Shown piece by piece: positions 63,910 through 64,000 of a DNA stretch of 64,000 nt (its first letter is position 1; every line of letters starts with the position of its first letter). The notes under the pieces are model-generated. The model ran no database searches, was not told the origin of the DNA, and saw only the letters and a list, made by a program, of their open reading frames with translations. The DNA is from Harriotta raleighana. Lineage: Eukaryota. The position numbers and the translations under genes were made by a program. Where the stretch lies: positions 584,557-648,556 of the forward strand of contig JBNZDD010013494.1 in the NCBI GenBank assembly GCA_050575255.1. Reading direction: 5' to 3'.

Positions 63910-64000
63910 ATAGGATGCAGCCCGTGTACCTTCCCGCACTAGACTCCGCAACCACATCACTCCCACCCTCGCCCACTTCCATTGGCTCCCCATCCCCCAG
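63910..64000 (+). mobile_element. L2-type LINE fragment running off the window
   Basis: CACATCACTCCCACCCTCGCCCACTTCCATTGGCTCCCCATC (HITPTLAHFHWLPI) matches other L2 copies. Confidence 0.75.

Noticed and set aside
1-64000. CRISPR arrays, operons or other prokaryotic-type systems
   Set aside because: Sequence is intron-rich vertebrate DNA; the recurring short repeats are dispersed retroelement tails in both orientations with irregular spacing, not repeat-spacer arrays.

Overview
Eukaryotic (vertebrate) genomic DNA, most likely a cartilaginous fish; the repeat landscape resembles what I recall for elephant shark/chimaera (inference). Two genes converge tail-to-tail. On the minus strand are the last four coding exons of AKT3 (215, 88, 103 and 86 coding nt, all with canonical GT-AG junctions, ending ...[16 protein letters not shown]) plus a long 3' UTR. 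On the plus strand is a 3' coding exon of SDCCAG8 at 32031, preceded by at least 32 kb of intron. The rest is dense in L2-type LINE fragments, tRNA-headed SINEs sharing the LINE tail, CR1 relics, Tc1/mariner(pogo)- and hAT-type MITEs, a Helitron-like end and a Penelope-like palindrome, interspersed with repeat-free, motif-rich blocks that may be conserved enhancers. Four near-identical tandem duplications sit exactly on N gaps, one of them duplicating two AKT3 exons in frame; they are most likely assembly artefacts. Almost all ORF-track entries are spurious or retroelement-derived. I found no convincing new biological system, so the findings are modest leads.
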